Part shown: in pieces, positions 1 through 8,915 of the stretch | Numbering within the stretch: the first letter of the stretch is position 1 | Layout: each line of letters starts with the position of its first letter | Source of the DNA: an uncultured Clostridia bacterium | GTDB taxonomy: Bacteria > Bacillota > Clostridia > Oscillospirales > CAG-272 | NCBI GenBank assembly: GCA_947627815.1 | Contig: CANQXN010000001.1 | Coordinates: forward strand, 8,857 to 72,856 | DNA length: 64,000 bases | Direction of reading: 5' to 3' | Made by a program: the position numbers and the translations under genes | The notes under the pieces: model-generated | Told to the model about the DNA's origin: nothing | Database searches by the model: none | What the model saw: only the letters and a program-made list of their open reading frames with translations

Positions 1-632
1 AGTACAGGCACATCCAAAGCGTTAGCCAGCTGTTCTTCCGATTTGATTTTGGTATCGCTCAAATCAACGAAAAGAGAGATACCGAAGGAAAGAACGGCAC
101 TTACCAAAAAGGCGATTACACAATTTGTTACGATGGAGGGGGAGGATGGGTTGCTCGGGACAACGGCTTCTCTTTCTGGCTTCAGTATAGCAATATCATT
201 AAGAGTGTATGCCGCCGCTTCCCTCACTTTGTTGGCGATCGTGGCGGCAGCATAGGGATTATGGCTTTTAGCGGTGATATACAGGATCGGCCGTCCTTCT
301 GCAAATTCGATCGAAATCATGGATCTGATTTGCTGCGGCGTGTAAGAATCGTCAACGATCAAATCAGCGGCGGCTTTCATGGTATCGTCTGATTGAATGC
401 TTTCCGCATAGATATTTATGATTTTTGCGGCATAATCGTATTTGCCGGTAGCTTGCAAGTTCAAGTCATCAGTCCAGATAAGGGCAACAGTCGTGGCCTC
501 ATATGTCGGCGTTATCAGAAACAAGGTGTAGGCGGCCGTTCCCAGTGTTACCAGAGCCGTGATGCTAATAATGAGCAAAATGTGCTTTAAAAAAGACTTG
601 AGCAAAACTTTCAGATTGATTTCTACATCCAT
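1..632 (-). CDS. Polysaccharide chain-length determinant (Wzz/CpsC-type) protein, partial; the 3' end lies beyond the window start
   Basis: Not in the supplied ORF track because it runs off the edge. ATG at 632-630 has GGAG about 9 nt upstream. My translation is MDVEINLKVLLKSFLKHILLIISITALVTLGTAAYTLFLITPTYEA...NCVIAFLVSAVLSFGISLFVDLSDTKIKSEEQLANALDVPV. It shows TM1, a ~150-aa loop, then TM2, the topology typical of Wzz/CapA/CpsC co-polymerases. Confidence 0.6.
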   Translation of the reverse strand, partial: MDVEINLKVLLKSFLKHILLIISITALVTLGTAAYTLFLITPTYEATTVALIWTDDLNLQATGKYDYAAKIINIYAESIQSDDTMKAAADLIVDDSYTPQQIRSMISIEFAEGRPILYITAKSHNPYAAATIANKVREAAAYTLNDIAILKPEREAVVPSNPSSPSIVTNCVIAFLVSAVLSFGISLFVDLSDTKIKSEEQLANALDVPV

Positions 633-886
633 GATTCCATTCTCCATTTAGCTACGGATCTTTACGCACGGGCGCAATCTTGAATAATTATATCATATCA
701 AAGCGGATTTGTAAAGAGCTTTTTGGCGTTTTTATTCTGTTTTGCTCTCAGAGATGGCAGGAAAAATGTGACTGATAGGCGATACTCTTATTATTTCTTT
801 TATTTTTTCGAAAAATGCGGCGCAACCTGCTTTTTTCTTGCTTTTAAGGAAATAATAAAAAGGAAAACAAGCAAGGAGGATTTTAT

Positions 887-2158
887 ATGGATGTTATTTC
901 ATCGATTCGGGTTGCGCATCTTCACGGCAGGCAGATTTTTGATTCTCGCGGGATTCCGACAGCGGAAGTGATCGTAACACTTTCCGATGGGACGGAAACG
1001 GCGGCTTCTGTCCCATCAGGCGCCTCCACCGGAAAATACGAGGCGTGCGAATTGCGGGACAACGACCGGGGCTATGGGGGAAAAAGCGTTTATGCAGCCG
1101 TCAACGCCATTGACACCGTACTGAACGACGCCGTCTGCGGATTGGATGCCGACGATCAATACAAAATCGATCTGGCGATGCGGGAGGCGGACGGAACCGA
1201 AAACAAACGGCATTTAGGCGCCAACGCGATTTTGGCGGTATCCTTGGCCATAGCGCGCGCGGCGGCCGCCTCCCGCCGTTTGCCGCTTTTCCGATATCTC
1301 GGCGGCACTTGCGCGCGGTTGCTTCCCCTGCCCTTTATGAATGTGCTCAACGGCGGCGTTCATGCCTCCAACAATTTGGATATCCAGGAATTTATGATTG
1401 TTCCTATTGGCGCTTCCAACTTTTCAGAGGCAATGAAAATGGGAACAGAAACCTATCATGCTTTAAAGACCTTGTTAAAAGAGGAAGGCTTGTCCAGCGC
1501 CGTGGGAGATGAGGGCGGGTTTGCGCCTTCTTTGTCATCTGACGAGGAAGCGCTGCGCTATTTGACAGATGCGGTTGAAAAAGCGGGATATCACCCGGGA
1601 AAAGATATTTCCTTTGCGTTGGATGTGGCGGCTTCCGGTTGGTATGACGGCGGGGAGTACCGCTTGCCCAAACGCGGGCGGGTCATGACCCGGGATGAAC
1701 TGTTTCGATATTATCGCAAAATTTTGTCCGATTATCCGATCGTTTCCATCGAAGACCCTTTCGGTGAAGAAGACTGGGAAGCGTTTCGTATGATTACGGT
1801 TTCCGATCCGTCGTTACAGATCGTCGGAGACGATCTCTTTGTTACCAACCCCGCTCGCATCCGGCGCGGTATCGAAATGGGCGCCGGCAATGCGGTTCTC
1901 ATCAAGCCCAATCAGATCGGAACGCTGTCGGAAACATTGGAATCGATTGCATTGGCGGCGGAAAACCGCTTTCATACCATGATCAGCCATCGCAGCGGAG
2001 AAACCTGCGACGACTTTATCGCCGATCTTGCCGTGGCCGTCAACGCCGGTGAAATCAAAACCGGAGCGCCTTGCCGTGGAGAACGGCTTGCCAAATACAA
2101 CCGCCTTTTACGGATCGAGGAATTGTTGGGAGACAGCGCCCGCTTTGGCGTGTTTTAA
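887..2158 (+). CDS. eno: Enolase (phosphopyruvate hydratase)
   Basis: 423-aa ORF with AAGGAGG RBS. Enolase motifs present: SGASTGKYEA.ELRD, GDEGGFAP, LDVAAS, IEDP, GDDL, IKPNQIGT, SHRSGET, KTGA..R.ERLAKYNRLLRIEE. Confidence 0.95.
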   Translation: MDVISSIRVAHLHGRQIFDSRGIPTAEVIVTLSDGTETAASVPSGASTGKYEACELRDNDRGYGGKSVYAAVNAIDTVLNDAVCGLDADDQYKIDLAMREADGTENKRHLGANAILAVSLAIARAAAASRRLPLFRYLGGTCARLLPLPFMNVLNGGVHASNNLDIQEFMIVPIGASNFSEAMKMGTETYHALKTLLKEEGLSSAVGDEGGFAPSLSSDEEALRYLTDAVEKAGYHPGKDISFALDVAASGWYDGGEYRLPKRGRVMTRDELFRYYRKILSDYPIVSIEDPFGEEDWEAFRMITVSDPSLQIVGDDLFVTNPARIRRGIEMGAGNAVLIKPNQIGTLSETLESIALAAENRFHTMISHRSGETCDDFIADLAVAVNAGEIKTGAPCRGERLAKYNRLLRIEELLGDSARFGVF

Positions 2159-2227
2159 TTAAAACAGCATTATTTAAAAGCATAATTGCGTAACAATATA
2201 GTCGATATGACTTGCAACCTTGGGAAA

Positions 2228-2257
2228 AGACCCGCAAAAGTCTGCGGGTCTTTTTTG
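2228..2257 (+). terminator. Rho-independent terminator after eno
   Basis: AGACCCGCA / loop AAAGT / TGCGGGTCT followed by TTTTTT. Confidence 0.8.
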
Positions 2258-2328
2258 ACGCAAAAAAACGACAGGCAAAACGATATTCTGCTTTGGAAAA
2301 GAGCGAGCCGGAAATTTTTTTCTTACTG

Positions 2329-2357
2329 TTGACAAGACAATTAAACTGTGATAGAAT
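2329..2357 (+). promoter_or_regulatory. Sigma-A type promoter of the lysine operon
   Basis: TTGACA (2329-2334), 17-nt spacer, extended -10 TGaTAGAAT (2349-2357). Confidence 0.7.
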
Positions 2358-2365
2358 ATCATAAA

Positions 2366-2603
2366 CATAATAGAGGAGCGGTTTGCCATCAGTATTCCCT
2401 TCATATTCGGTCACCGTGGGCCGAAGGGAGGAAAGGGACAGCCGCCGAAGGATGTCCGCTTACGGAACGAGCGGATATACCTGGTCTGGCAAATAAGATT
2501 TGTCTGACTGTCGCAGAGATGCGGAGAGCTATTGTTATTATCACAGGTCGGCTTCATGTCGTTGGTTTTATAACAATAGCTGAGGATCTCAGCTATTTTT
2601 TTA
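2366..2603 (+). promoter_or_regulatory. Lysine riboswitch (L-box) with terminator expression platform
   Basis: L-box hallmarks read directly: AGAGGAGCG (2372-2380), CCGAAGGGAGG, GCCGCCGAAGG, CCTGG, ACTGTCGCAGAG. AGCTATTGTTAT (2527-2538) is perfectly complementary to ATAACAATAGCT (2570-2581). That segment overlaps the terminator hairpin AGCTGAG-GAT-CTCAGCT (2578-2594), which is followed by a T7 run. Confidence 0.85.
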
Positions 2604-2635
2604 TTGCAGTGAACTGCAGAAAGGAAAAATCAGCC

Positions 2636-3523
2636 ATGAAAAAGCAAGTTTTTACCGGCGCCGCTACCGCGTTGATCACGCCGCTGAAGCCAAGCGGCAT
2701 TGATTATCCCGCCTTTGGAAGACTGATCGATTGGCAAATCGAAAAAGGCATTGACGCTTTGGTGATTTGCGGTACGACAGGCGAGGCTTCCACCCTGAAT
2801 GACGAAGAACATATTGACGCCATCGCTTTTGCCGCTGAAAAAATCGCGCATCGCGTCCCCCTGATCGCCGGTACAGGAAGCAACGATACGCCGCACGCGA
2901 TCAAGCTTGCGCGGGCGGCATGGAAAGCGGGCGCCGATTCTCTTCTCGTGGTGACGCCTTACTATAATAAAACTTCACAGCGCGGGCTTGTCCGTTATTA
3001 TTACGATATTGCCGACAGTACGCCCCTTCCTGTCATTCTTTACAATGTTCCGTCGAGAACCGGCGTTACCATCGAGCCTTCCACTTGCGCGCTACTGGCG
3101 GAGCATGAAAATATTGTCGCGCTGAAAGAGGCAGGCGGCAATATTTCCAAAACGGTCGAAACGATGGCGCTGGTCGGCGACCGCCTTGCCCTTTATTCGG
3201 GCAATGACGATCAGATTGTCCCGCTTTTGGCTTTGGGCGGTTTGGGCGTTATCTCGGTTCTTTCCAATTTACTCCCGGCCGAAACCAGAGAGATTTACTA
3301 TCGTTTTGCCGCCGGCGATGTGGCGGGCAGTCTTGCTTTGCAGTTGGGATATCACCGCCTGATCCAGGCGCTGTTTTCCGATGTCAACCCCATCCCCGTC
3401 AAAGCCGCGATGGCCGCGCTTGGCTTTTGCGACAATTACCTGCGCGCCCCCCTGCTTCCCATGGAAAAAAGCGCCGAAGAAAAATTGCTCGGTGTGATGC
3501 GCGATATGGGGCTTTCGGTCTGA
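2636..3523 (+). CDS. dapA: 4-hydroxy-tetrahydrodipicolinate synthase
   Basis: In-frame ATG at 2636 downstream of the riboswitch. MKKQVFTGAATALITPL...VICGTTGEASTL...VVTPYYNK...YNVPSRTG matches the DapA family. The track ORF start at 2348 is a non-coding extension across the riboswitch. Confidence 0.93.
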   Translation: MKKQVFTGAATALITPLKPSGIDYPAFGRLIDWQIEKGIDALVICGTTGEASTLNDEEHIDAIAFAAEKIAHRVPLIAGTGSNDTPHAIKLARAAWKAGADSLLVVTPYYNKTSQRGLVRYYYDIADSTPLPVILYNVPSRTGVTIEPSTCALLAEHENIVALKEAGGNISKTVETMALVGDRLALYSGNDDQIVPLLALGGLGVISVLSNLLPAETREIYYRFAAGDVAGSLALQLGYHRLIQALFSDVNPIPVKAAMAALGFCDNYLRAPLLPMEKSAEEKLLGVMRDMGLSV

Positions 3524-3603
3524 CGGCGGCAAGAAAGTAAAAAAATCAGGAGCCGCCTTTGAAAATCGGTTTTCCCGGGCGGACAGAAAGGAAATAAAAA
3601 TAC

Positions 3604-4333
3604 ATGAAAGTCATTATCCATGGTGCATTGGGAAGAATGGGCATTGCGCTGACCGAACTTGTGTGCAGCGGCAAAGAAAATGCCGTGCTTGCCGCGATGG
3701 TGGATAAAAACGCGGCGCCGTCTGATAATCTGTTCACGCGGCTGGAAGATTACGACGGAAGCGCCGATGTGATCATTGATTTCTCTCATCACACCGCCGT
3801 GGCTTCCCTGCTCCCCTATGCGGTGGAGCGCGGTATTCCGGTCGTCATCGCGACAACCGGTCATGACGAGGCGGAAAAAGAAGAGATTCGTCGGGCGGCC
3901 ACACATATCCCGATTTTTCTTTCCGCCAATATGTCGCTCGGTATTGCCGCCCTCGCGGCCTTTGCGCAATGTGCCGCCAAGATGTTCCCTGAGGCCGATA
4001 TTGAGATTGTGGAAACGCATCATACCGGCAAGCTGGATGCGCCCAGCGGCACGGCGCTGCTTTTGGCGGAAGGCATTCGGAAAGAGCGCCCGCAGGCGAT
4101 CATCCATTGCGGCCGTGTCGGTATGGGAAAGCGCGACCCCAACGAGATCGGCATTTCTTCCCCGCGTGGTGGGAATCCATGAGATCATCATCACCACAGG
4201 CACCGAAACCCTGACACTGAAACACGAGGCACATGACCGTTCTCTGTTTGCGCAAGGCGCGCTTGCCGCCGCGGCTTACCTTTGCGGAAAACCGGCCGGC
4301 TTGTATTCGGTCAATGATATGGTGAGGATATAA
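3604..4333 (+). pseudogene. dapB: 4-hydroxy-tetrahydrodipicolinate reductase, reading frame interrupted near 4160-4180 (true frameshift or sequence error)
   Basis: The frame starting at 3604 gives HGALGRMG (Rossmann) and ETHHTGKLDAPSGTA, then stops at TGA 4180-4182. The conserved DapB C-terminus VVGIHEIIITTGTETLTLKHEAHDRSLFAQGALAAAAYL continues in the +1 frame to 4333. Confidence 0.85.
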
Positions 4334-4334
4334 C

Positions 4335-5186
4335 ATGAAAAAAATTGCTTTTACCAAAATGCACGGCATCGGCAATGACTATATCTATATCAACTGCTTT
4401 GCCGAACAAGTATGTTCTCCCAATAAGCTTTCTTTGAAAATGTCGCCTCGACATTTTTCGGTCGGCGCCGATGGTGTGGTCTTAATCTGCCCTTCGGAAA
4501 GAGCGGACGCCCGTATGCGAATGTTCAATGCCGACGGCAGCGAAGGAAAGATGTGCGGCAATGCCATCCGATGTGTCGGAAAGTATTTATACGATAACGG
4601 CATGGTTACCAAAGATGAAATCACGGTGGAAACCCTGAGCGGCATCAAAAAGCTGCAACTGCATCTGGAAAACGGCAAGGTGCAAGGCGCTACTGTGGCC
4701 ATGGGGAAAGCGGATTTTTCTCCTGCGGCGATTCCGCTGTCTCCTAGTCTTTCTTCTTCGTCGTTTTCCCTGTCGGTCGGGGGGAGCGATTGGCACATGA
4801 CCTGTGTTTCTGTCGGAAATCCCCATGCGGTGACCTATGTGGCTGATCCCGGACGCCTGAATCTTGCCGACATCGGGCCTCTTTTTGAGTATAACGGCGC
4901 TTTCCCCGAGCGTGTCAACACCGAATTTGTGCGCGTTATCGACCCTACGACTTTGGAAATGAGGGTCTGGGAACGCGGGAGCGGCGAAACCTTCGCCTGC
5001 GGCACCGGCGCCTGCGCCGTGACGGCGACCTCGGTAAAAAACGGATTCTGCCCCGCCGATACGCCGATTACCGTCCGGCTTTTGGGCGGCGAACTTTCCA
5101 TCGTCTGTACGCACGATTACGAGTTGTTTATGACCGGCCCTGCGGTCAAAGTTTATGAAGGGATTTACGAATATGATGAAGATTAA
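4335..5186 (+). CDS. dapF: Diaminopimelate epimerase
   Basis: MHGIGNDYIYI, CGNAIRC, SVGNPHAV, ERGSGETFACGTGACA (both catalytic Cys motifs). Confidence 0.93.
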   Translation: MKKIAFTKMHGIGNDYIYINCFAEQVCSPNKLSLKMSPRHFSVGADGVVLICPSERADARMRMFNADGSEGKMCGNAIRCVGKYLYDNGMVTKDEITVETLSGIKKLQLHLENGKVQGATVAMGKADFSPAAIPLSPSLSSSSFSLSVGGSDWHMTCVSVGNPHAVTYVADPGRLNLADIGPLFEYNGAFPERVNTEFVRVIDPTTLEMRVWERGSGETFACGTGACAVTATSVKNGFCPADTPITVRLLGGELSIVCTHDYELFMTGPAVKVYEGIYEYDED

Positions 5187-6360
5187 AATCAACGAAAACT
5201 TTAAAAAAATAAAGCCCAGCTATCTTTTCTCGGATATCGGAAAAAAAGTCCGTACTTTTTCTTCAGCACATCCTGATTTAAAAATCATTCGTCTGGGTAT
5301 CGGCGATGTGACGCTTCCGCTTTCGCCCTGTGTGATCGACGCCATGACAAAAGCGGTGGCCGAAATGGGAGAAAAAAGCAGTTTTCGCGGCTATGCCCCG
5401 GAATATGGCTATGATTTTCTGCGGGAAGCGATCGCCCGTCATTATGAACGGTTTGGCGTCAGCCTGTCGCCGGAAGAAATTTTTGTCAGCGACGGCGCGA
5501 AAAGCGACCTTGGCAATCTTGTCGATATTTTCGGTGATAATGAAATTCTGATCCCGGACCCCGTCTACCCTGTCTATCTTGACAGCAACCTAATGAGCGG
5601 GCGTCGGGTTCGTTTTCTTGCGGCCAACGCGGAGAACGGATTTCTTCCCTTGCCCGACGAGTCCCTGACCGGCGAGGGCTATATTATCTATCTTTGTTCT
5701 CCCAACAACCCGACCGGCGCCGCTTATGAAAAAAATGAGCTTGCCGAGTGGATTTCGTTCGCCATAAAAACAGGATCGCTGATCATTTACGATTCCGCTT
5801 ATGAGGCTTACATTCAGGGCAGCGCTCCCCACAGTATTTATGAAGTGGAAGGCGCCAAAGAATGCGCCATTGAAGTATGTTCCCTTTCCAAAACCGCCGG
5901 ATTTACCGGAACGCGCTGCGCCTGGACGGTTGTGCCTGCCGGCATAACGGCAGGCGGCCTTTCGCTCTCGGCGCTCTGGGCCAGACGGCAGGCCACGAAA
6001 TATAACGGATTGCCGTATGTGGTTCAGCGCGGCGCGGAAGCGGCGCTTTCCGACGAAGGGCGAAAGCAATGTATGTCTCTTGTCGCCTATTATATGGAAA
6101 ACGCGGCGCTGATCGCCGATCTTTTAAAGAAAAAAGGCATCTGGTTTACCGGCGGGCGCTCTTCCCCGTATCTCTGGCTGAAATGCCCCGGCGGGATGGG
6201 TTCCTGGGCGTTTTTCGATTATCTTCTGGAAAATATTCAGGTGGTAGGCACGCCGGGAGAAGGATTCGGTGAAGAAGGCAAAGGATATTTCCGCCTGACC
6301 GCGTTCGGCAGTCGGGAAGATACCGAGGAGGCCGTGCATCGCATGGAGGCTTTGTTATGA
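5173..6360 (+). CDS. dapL: LL-diaminopimelate aminotransferase
   Basis: MMKIKINENFKKIKPSYLFSDIGKKV...IRLGIGDVT...FRGYAPEYGYDFLREAI...SLSKTAGFTG matches the DapL class of PLP aminotransferases. Start moved to ATG 5173 (GAAGGGA RBS); it overlaps the dapF end. Confidence 0.85.
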   Translation: MMKIKINENFKKIKPSYLFSDIGKKVRTFSSAHPDLKIIRLGIGDVTLPLSPCVIDAMTKAVAEMGEKSSFRGYAPEYGYDFLREAIARHYERFGVSLSPEEIFVSDGAKSDLGNLVDIFGDNEILIPDPVYPVYLDSNLMSGRRVRFLAANAENGFLPLPDESLTGEGYIIYLCSPNNPTGAAYEKNELAEWISFAIKTGSLIIYDSAYEAYIQGSAPHSIYEVEGAKECAIEVCSLSKTAGFTGTRCAWTVVPAGITAGGLSLSALWARRQATKYNGLPYVVQRGAEAALSDEGRKQCMSLVAYYMENAALIADLLKKKGIWFTGGRSSPYLWLKCPGGMGSWAFFDYLLENIQVVGTPGEGFGEEGKGYFRLTAFGSREDTEEAVHRMEALL

Positions 6361-7685
6361 AAACCAGAGAAAAAAAGAAATTGCTGACGCCCGATCTCGA
6401 TATCAACGAAAAAGGTCACCTGACCATTGCCGGACGAGATGCCGTGGCTTTGGCGGAAAAATATAAAACGGCGCTTTTCGTTATGAATGTCGAACGCTTT
6501 CGTGAAAATTGCGCGATCTACCGCCGGACGATGAAGGAGTGTTTCGGGCCGGACGCGCTCCCGTTGTTTGCCTCCAAATCCCTCTGCTTTACCGGGCTTT
6601 ATCAATTGGTGGACGAATGCGGTCTTGGCACTGATCTTGTTTCTCCTGGGGAAATCTATACCGCTTTTCACGCCGGATTTCCGATGCAGAAGGCCTATTT
6701 TCACGGCAACAATAAAACCGACGCGGATATTGCCTACGCCATGGACTGCGGCGTCGGCACCTTTGTGGTCGATAATGACGAGGAATTAGAAGCCATCAGC
6801 TATATTGCCACGCAAAGAAGAAGGAAACAGCCCATCTTGCTCCGCATTACGCCCGGCATCGATCCCCACACGCATAAAGCCGTTGTGACCGGCAGTGTGG
6901 ATTCCAAATTCGGTCAGGCGATTGCCACCGGGCAGGCGTTTTCCTTTACCGAAAAGGCGCTGTCGCTTCCCGGCCTTGTGTTAAAAGGGTTTCACTGTCA
7001 TATCGGTTCTCAGATTTTTGAAAGCGAACCCTTTTGTCAAGCCGCTTCTATCATGCTCCACTTTATTGCCGATGTCCGCCGCCGGTTCGGCTATACGGCC
7101 GAACAGCTGAATTTGGGCGGCGGGTTCGGCGTCCGCTATGTGGAAAGTCAACCGAGCATCGATATTGCCGCGAGTATTCGGCAGGTGGCCGCGCAAGTCA
7201 AGAGATGCTGTCAGGAGCTTGCCCTGCCTTGCCCCGCCATTTTGATGGAACCCGGGCGCTCTTTGGTGGCGGATACCGTCACAACGCTTTATACCGTCGG
7301 TTCGGTCAAGGAAATCCCGGGCGTTAAAAACTACATATCTGTGGACGGCGGCATGACCGATAACCCGCGCTATGCTTTATACGGCTCGGAATATACGCTC
7401 CTTAACGCGACAAAAGCCGCAGAAGAGGCGGATTTTATTTGTTCCGTCGGCGGGCGCTGCTGTGAGTCGGGCGATCTGATTCAGGAAAATGTTGCTTTGG
7501 CGCGTCCGACACGCGGCGATATTCTTGCCGTCTTTACGACGGGCGCTTATAACTATGCCATGGCTTCTAACTACAATCGTATTCCCCGTCCGGCGATCCT
7601 TCTCTTGGATAAAGAGAAAGAGATTCTCGCTGTCCGGCGTGAAACTTATGAGGATCTTTGCCGCTGCGATATGCCCTTGACATAA
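6357..7685 (+). CDS. lysA: Diaminopimelate decarboxylase
   Basis: 442 aa with ATGA overlap with dapL. Alanine-racemase-fold decarboxylase motifs: FASKSL, HCHIGSQ, LNLGGGFG, EPGRSLVA, CESGD. Confidence 0.92.
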   Translation: MKTREKKKLLTPDLDINEKGHLTIAGRDAVALAEKYKTALFVMNVERFRENCAIYRRTMKECFGPDALPLFASKSLCFTGLYQLVDECGLGTDLVSPGEIYTAFHAGFPMQKAYFHGNNKTDADIAYAMDCGVGTFVVDNDEELEAISYIATQRRRKQPILLRITPGIDPHTHKAVVTGSVDSKFGQAIATGQAFSFTEKALSLPGLVLKGFHCHIGSQIFESEPFCQAASIMLHFIADVRRRFGYTAEQLNLGGGFGVRYVESQPSIDIAASIRQVAAQVKRCCQELALPCPAILMEPGRSLVADTVTTLYTVGSVKEIPGVKNYISVDGGMTDNPRYALYGSEYTLLNATKAAEEADFICSVGGRCCESGDLIQENVALARPTRGDILAVFTTGAYNYAMASNYNRIPRPAILLLDKEKEILAVRRETYEDLCRCDMPLT

Positions 7686-7688
7686 CGC

Positions 7689-7726
7689 ATGACAGGCTGC
7701 CCAGTCGGGCGGCCTGTCATTTTTTA
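7689..7726 (+). terminator. Terminator of the lysine operon
   Basis: ATGACAGGC...GCCTGTCAT hairpin followed by TTTTT. Confidence 0.75.
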
Positions 7727-7746
7727 AAATTTTTTGTCGCCCCCTA

Positions 7747-7775
7747 TTGACAATCACATGATTGTGTGCTACAAT
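7747..7775 (+). promoter_or_regulatory. Sigma-A type promoter with embedded 7-2-7 palindrome
   Basis: TTGACA (7747-7752), 17-nt spacer, TACAAT (7770-7775). ACAATCA-CA-TGATTGT (7750-7765) overlaps the -35 and the spacer. Confidence 0.6.
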
Positions 7776-7876
7776 TAAGTGAGCAGAAAAAGAAAGACAC
7801 CGTCGAAAGCAATTTTGCCGATCGATCGGATCGTTTTCTGCATCACCAAAGAAGCAAAGAAAAGAGGTAATGAAGT

Positions 7877-8905
7877 ATGCTTTGGTTTGTTCTCGGTATT
7901 CTTGCCATCGTGGTATGCGGCGCTGTCGCCGTCAGCCTGAAAATGTCTAAACGCTCGATGAACCAGAAGAAAGGAGCCGTTTCGGCATCGGTCGGTGCCG
8001 TCGGCACGCTTCTCGGTATCGTCTTGATCGTGCTTGGCTGTATCCGCACGGTTCCCACCGGGCATACCGGTATTGTTACGACCTTCGGCCGTGTGCGCGA
8101 TTTCACTTATGAAGCGGGTGTTCACTTCACAGCCCCCTGGAATACGGTAATCAACATGGATAACCGCAACCAGAAGGCAACCATCGATCTCTCCTGCTTT
8201 TCCTCCGATATTCAGGAAGTGGCTGTCATCTATACGCTGAACTATCAGATCGAAAAAGCCAATGCGCAGGAAATTTACCGCAACATCGGCACGGGCTATT
8301 ATGAAACCGTGATCGCCCCTCGGGTGCAGGAAACCGTGAAAAGCGTTATGGCAAAATTCACGGCGGAAGAGCTTCTCGATAACCGCGCCCAGCTTTCCGA
8401 AGAAATCCGCAATCTTTTGACGGCACAGCTTGCCAATTATAACATTGTTGTTTTGGATACATCCTTAGAAAATCTCGACTTTTCGGATGCGTTTACCGAT
8501 GCGGTAGAAGCCAAACAAGTGGCGGAACAGCGCGCCAAACAAGCCAAGATCGAGGAAGAGCAAAAAACGATGGAGGCGGAGGCGGCCGCGAAACGGGCAA
8601 AAATCGAAGCGGAAGCCGAGGCCAATGTGGCAAAGATCGCGGCGCAGGCCGAACTCGATGTAACCAAAATTCAGGCGGATGCCGCCGAATACGCCGGCCA
8701 AAAGGACGCCGCGATCGTCAAACAGTTGAGAGATACCCTTGCCAAAAATCCCGATGAAATGACACAGGAGGATTTTGAAAATCTTCTGATGTACTATTAC
8801 ATCATGCAGTGGAACGGCGAACTTCCCTCCACCTATGTCGGCGCGGATGATTTTTACAAACTGCTCAGCGCTGTGGTGAACAGCGGGGCGGCCGCCGGCG
8901 AATGA
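7877..8905 (+). CDS. SPFH/band-7 (prohibitin-like) membrane protein
   Basis: N-terminal TM helices, then HTGIVTTFGRV...HFTAPWNTV...APRVQETVKSVMAKFTAEELL (SPFH core), then an A/E/K-rich coiled coil. Confidence 0.85.
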   Translation: MLWFVLGILAIVVCGAVAVSLKMSKRSMNQKKGAVSASVGAVGTLLGIVLIVLGCIRTVPTGHTGIVTTFGRVRDFTYEAGVHFTAPWNTVINMDNRNQKATIDLSCFSSDIQEVAVIYTLNYQIEKANAQEIYRNIGTGYYETVIAPRVQETVKSVMAKFTAEELLDNRAQLSEEIRNLLTAQLANYNIVVLDTSLENLDFSDAFTDAVEAKQVAEQRAKQAKIEEEQKTMEAEAAAKRAKIEAEAEANVAKIAAQAELDVTKIQADAAEYAGQKDAAIVKQLRDTLAKNPDEMTQEDFENLLMYYYIMQWNGELPSTYVGADDFYKLLSAVVNSGAAAGE

Positions 8906-8915
8906 GGCAAGCGCG

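Noticed and set aside
887-2158. The enolase looked slightly atypical (SHRSGETCDDF instead of the usual ETED-type string, 423 aa), raising the idea of a non-glycolytic paralog.
   Set aside because: All catalytic and Mg-binding positions I could check by motif are intact (E in QEFM, GDEGGFAP, DVAAS, IEDP, GDDL, KPNQIG, HRSGE, KTG). Nothing supports a functional shift.
2348-2635. The N-terminal 96-codon extension of the dapA ORF in the track (start 2348).
   Set aside because: This stretch is the lysine riboswitch and its terminator. DapA homology begins at MKKQVF (ATG 2636).
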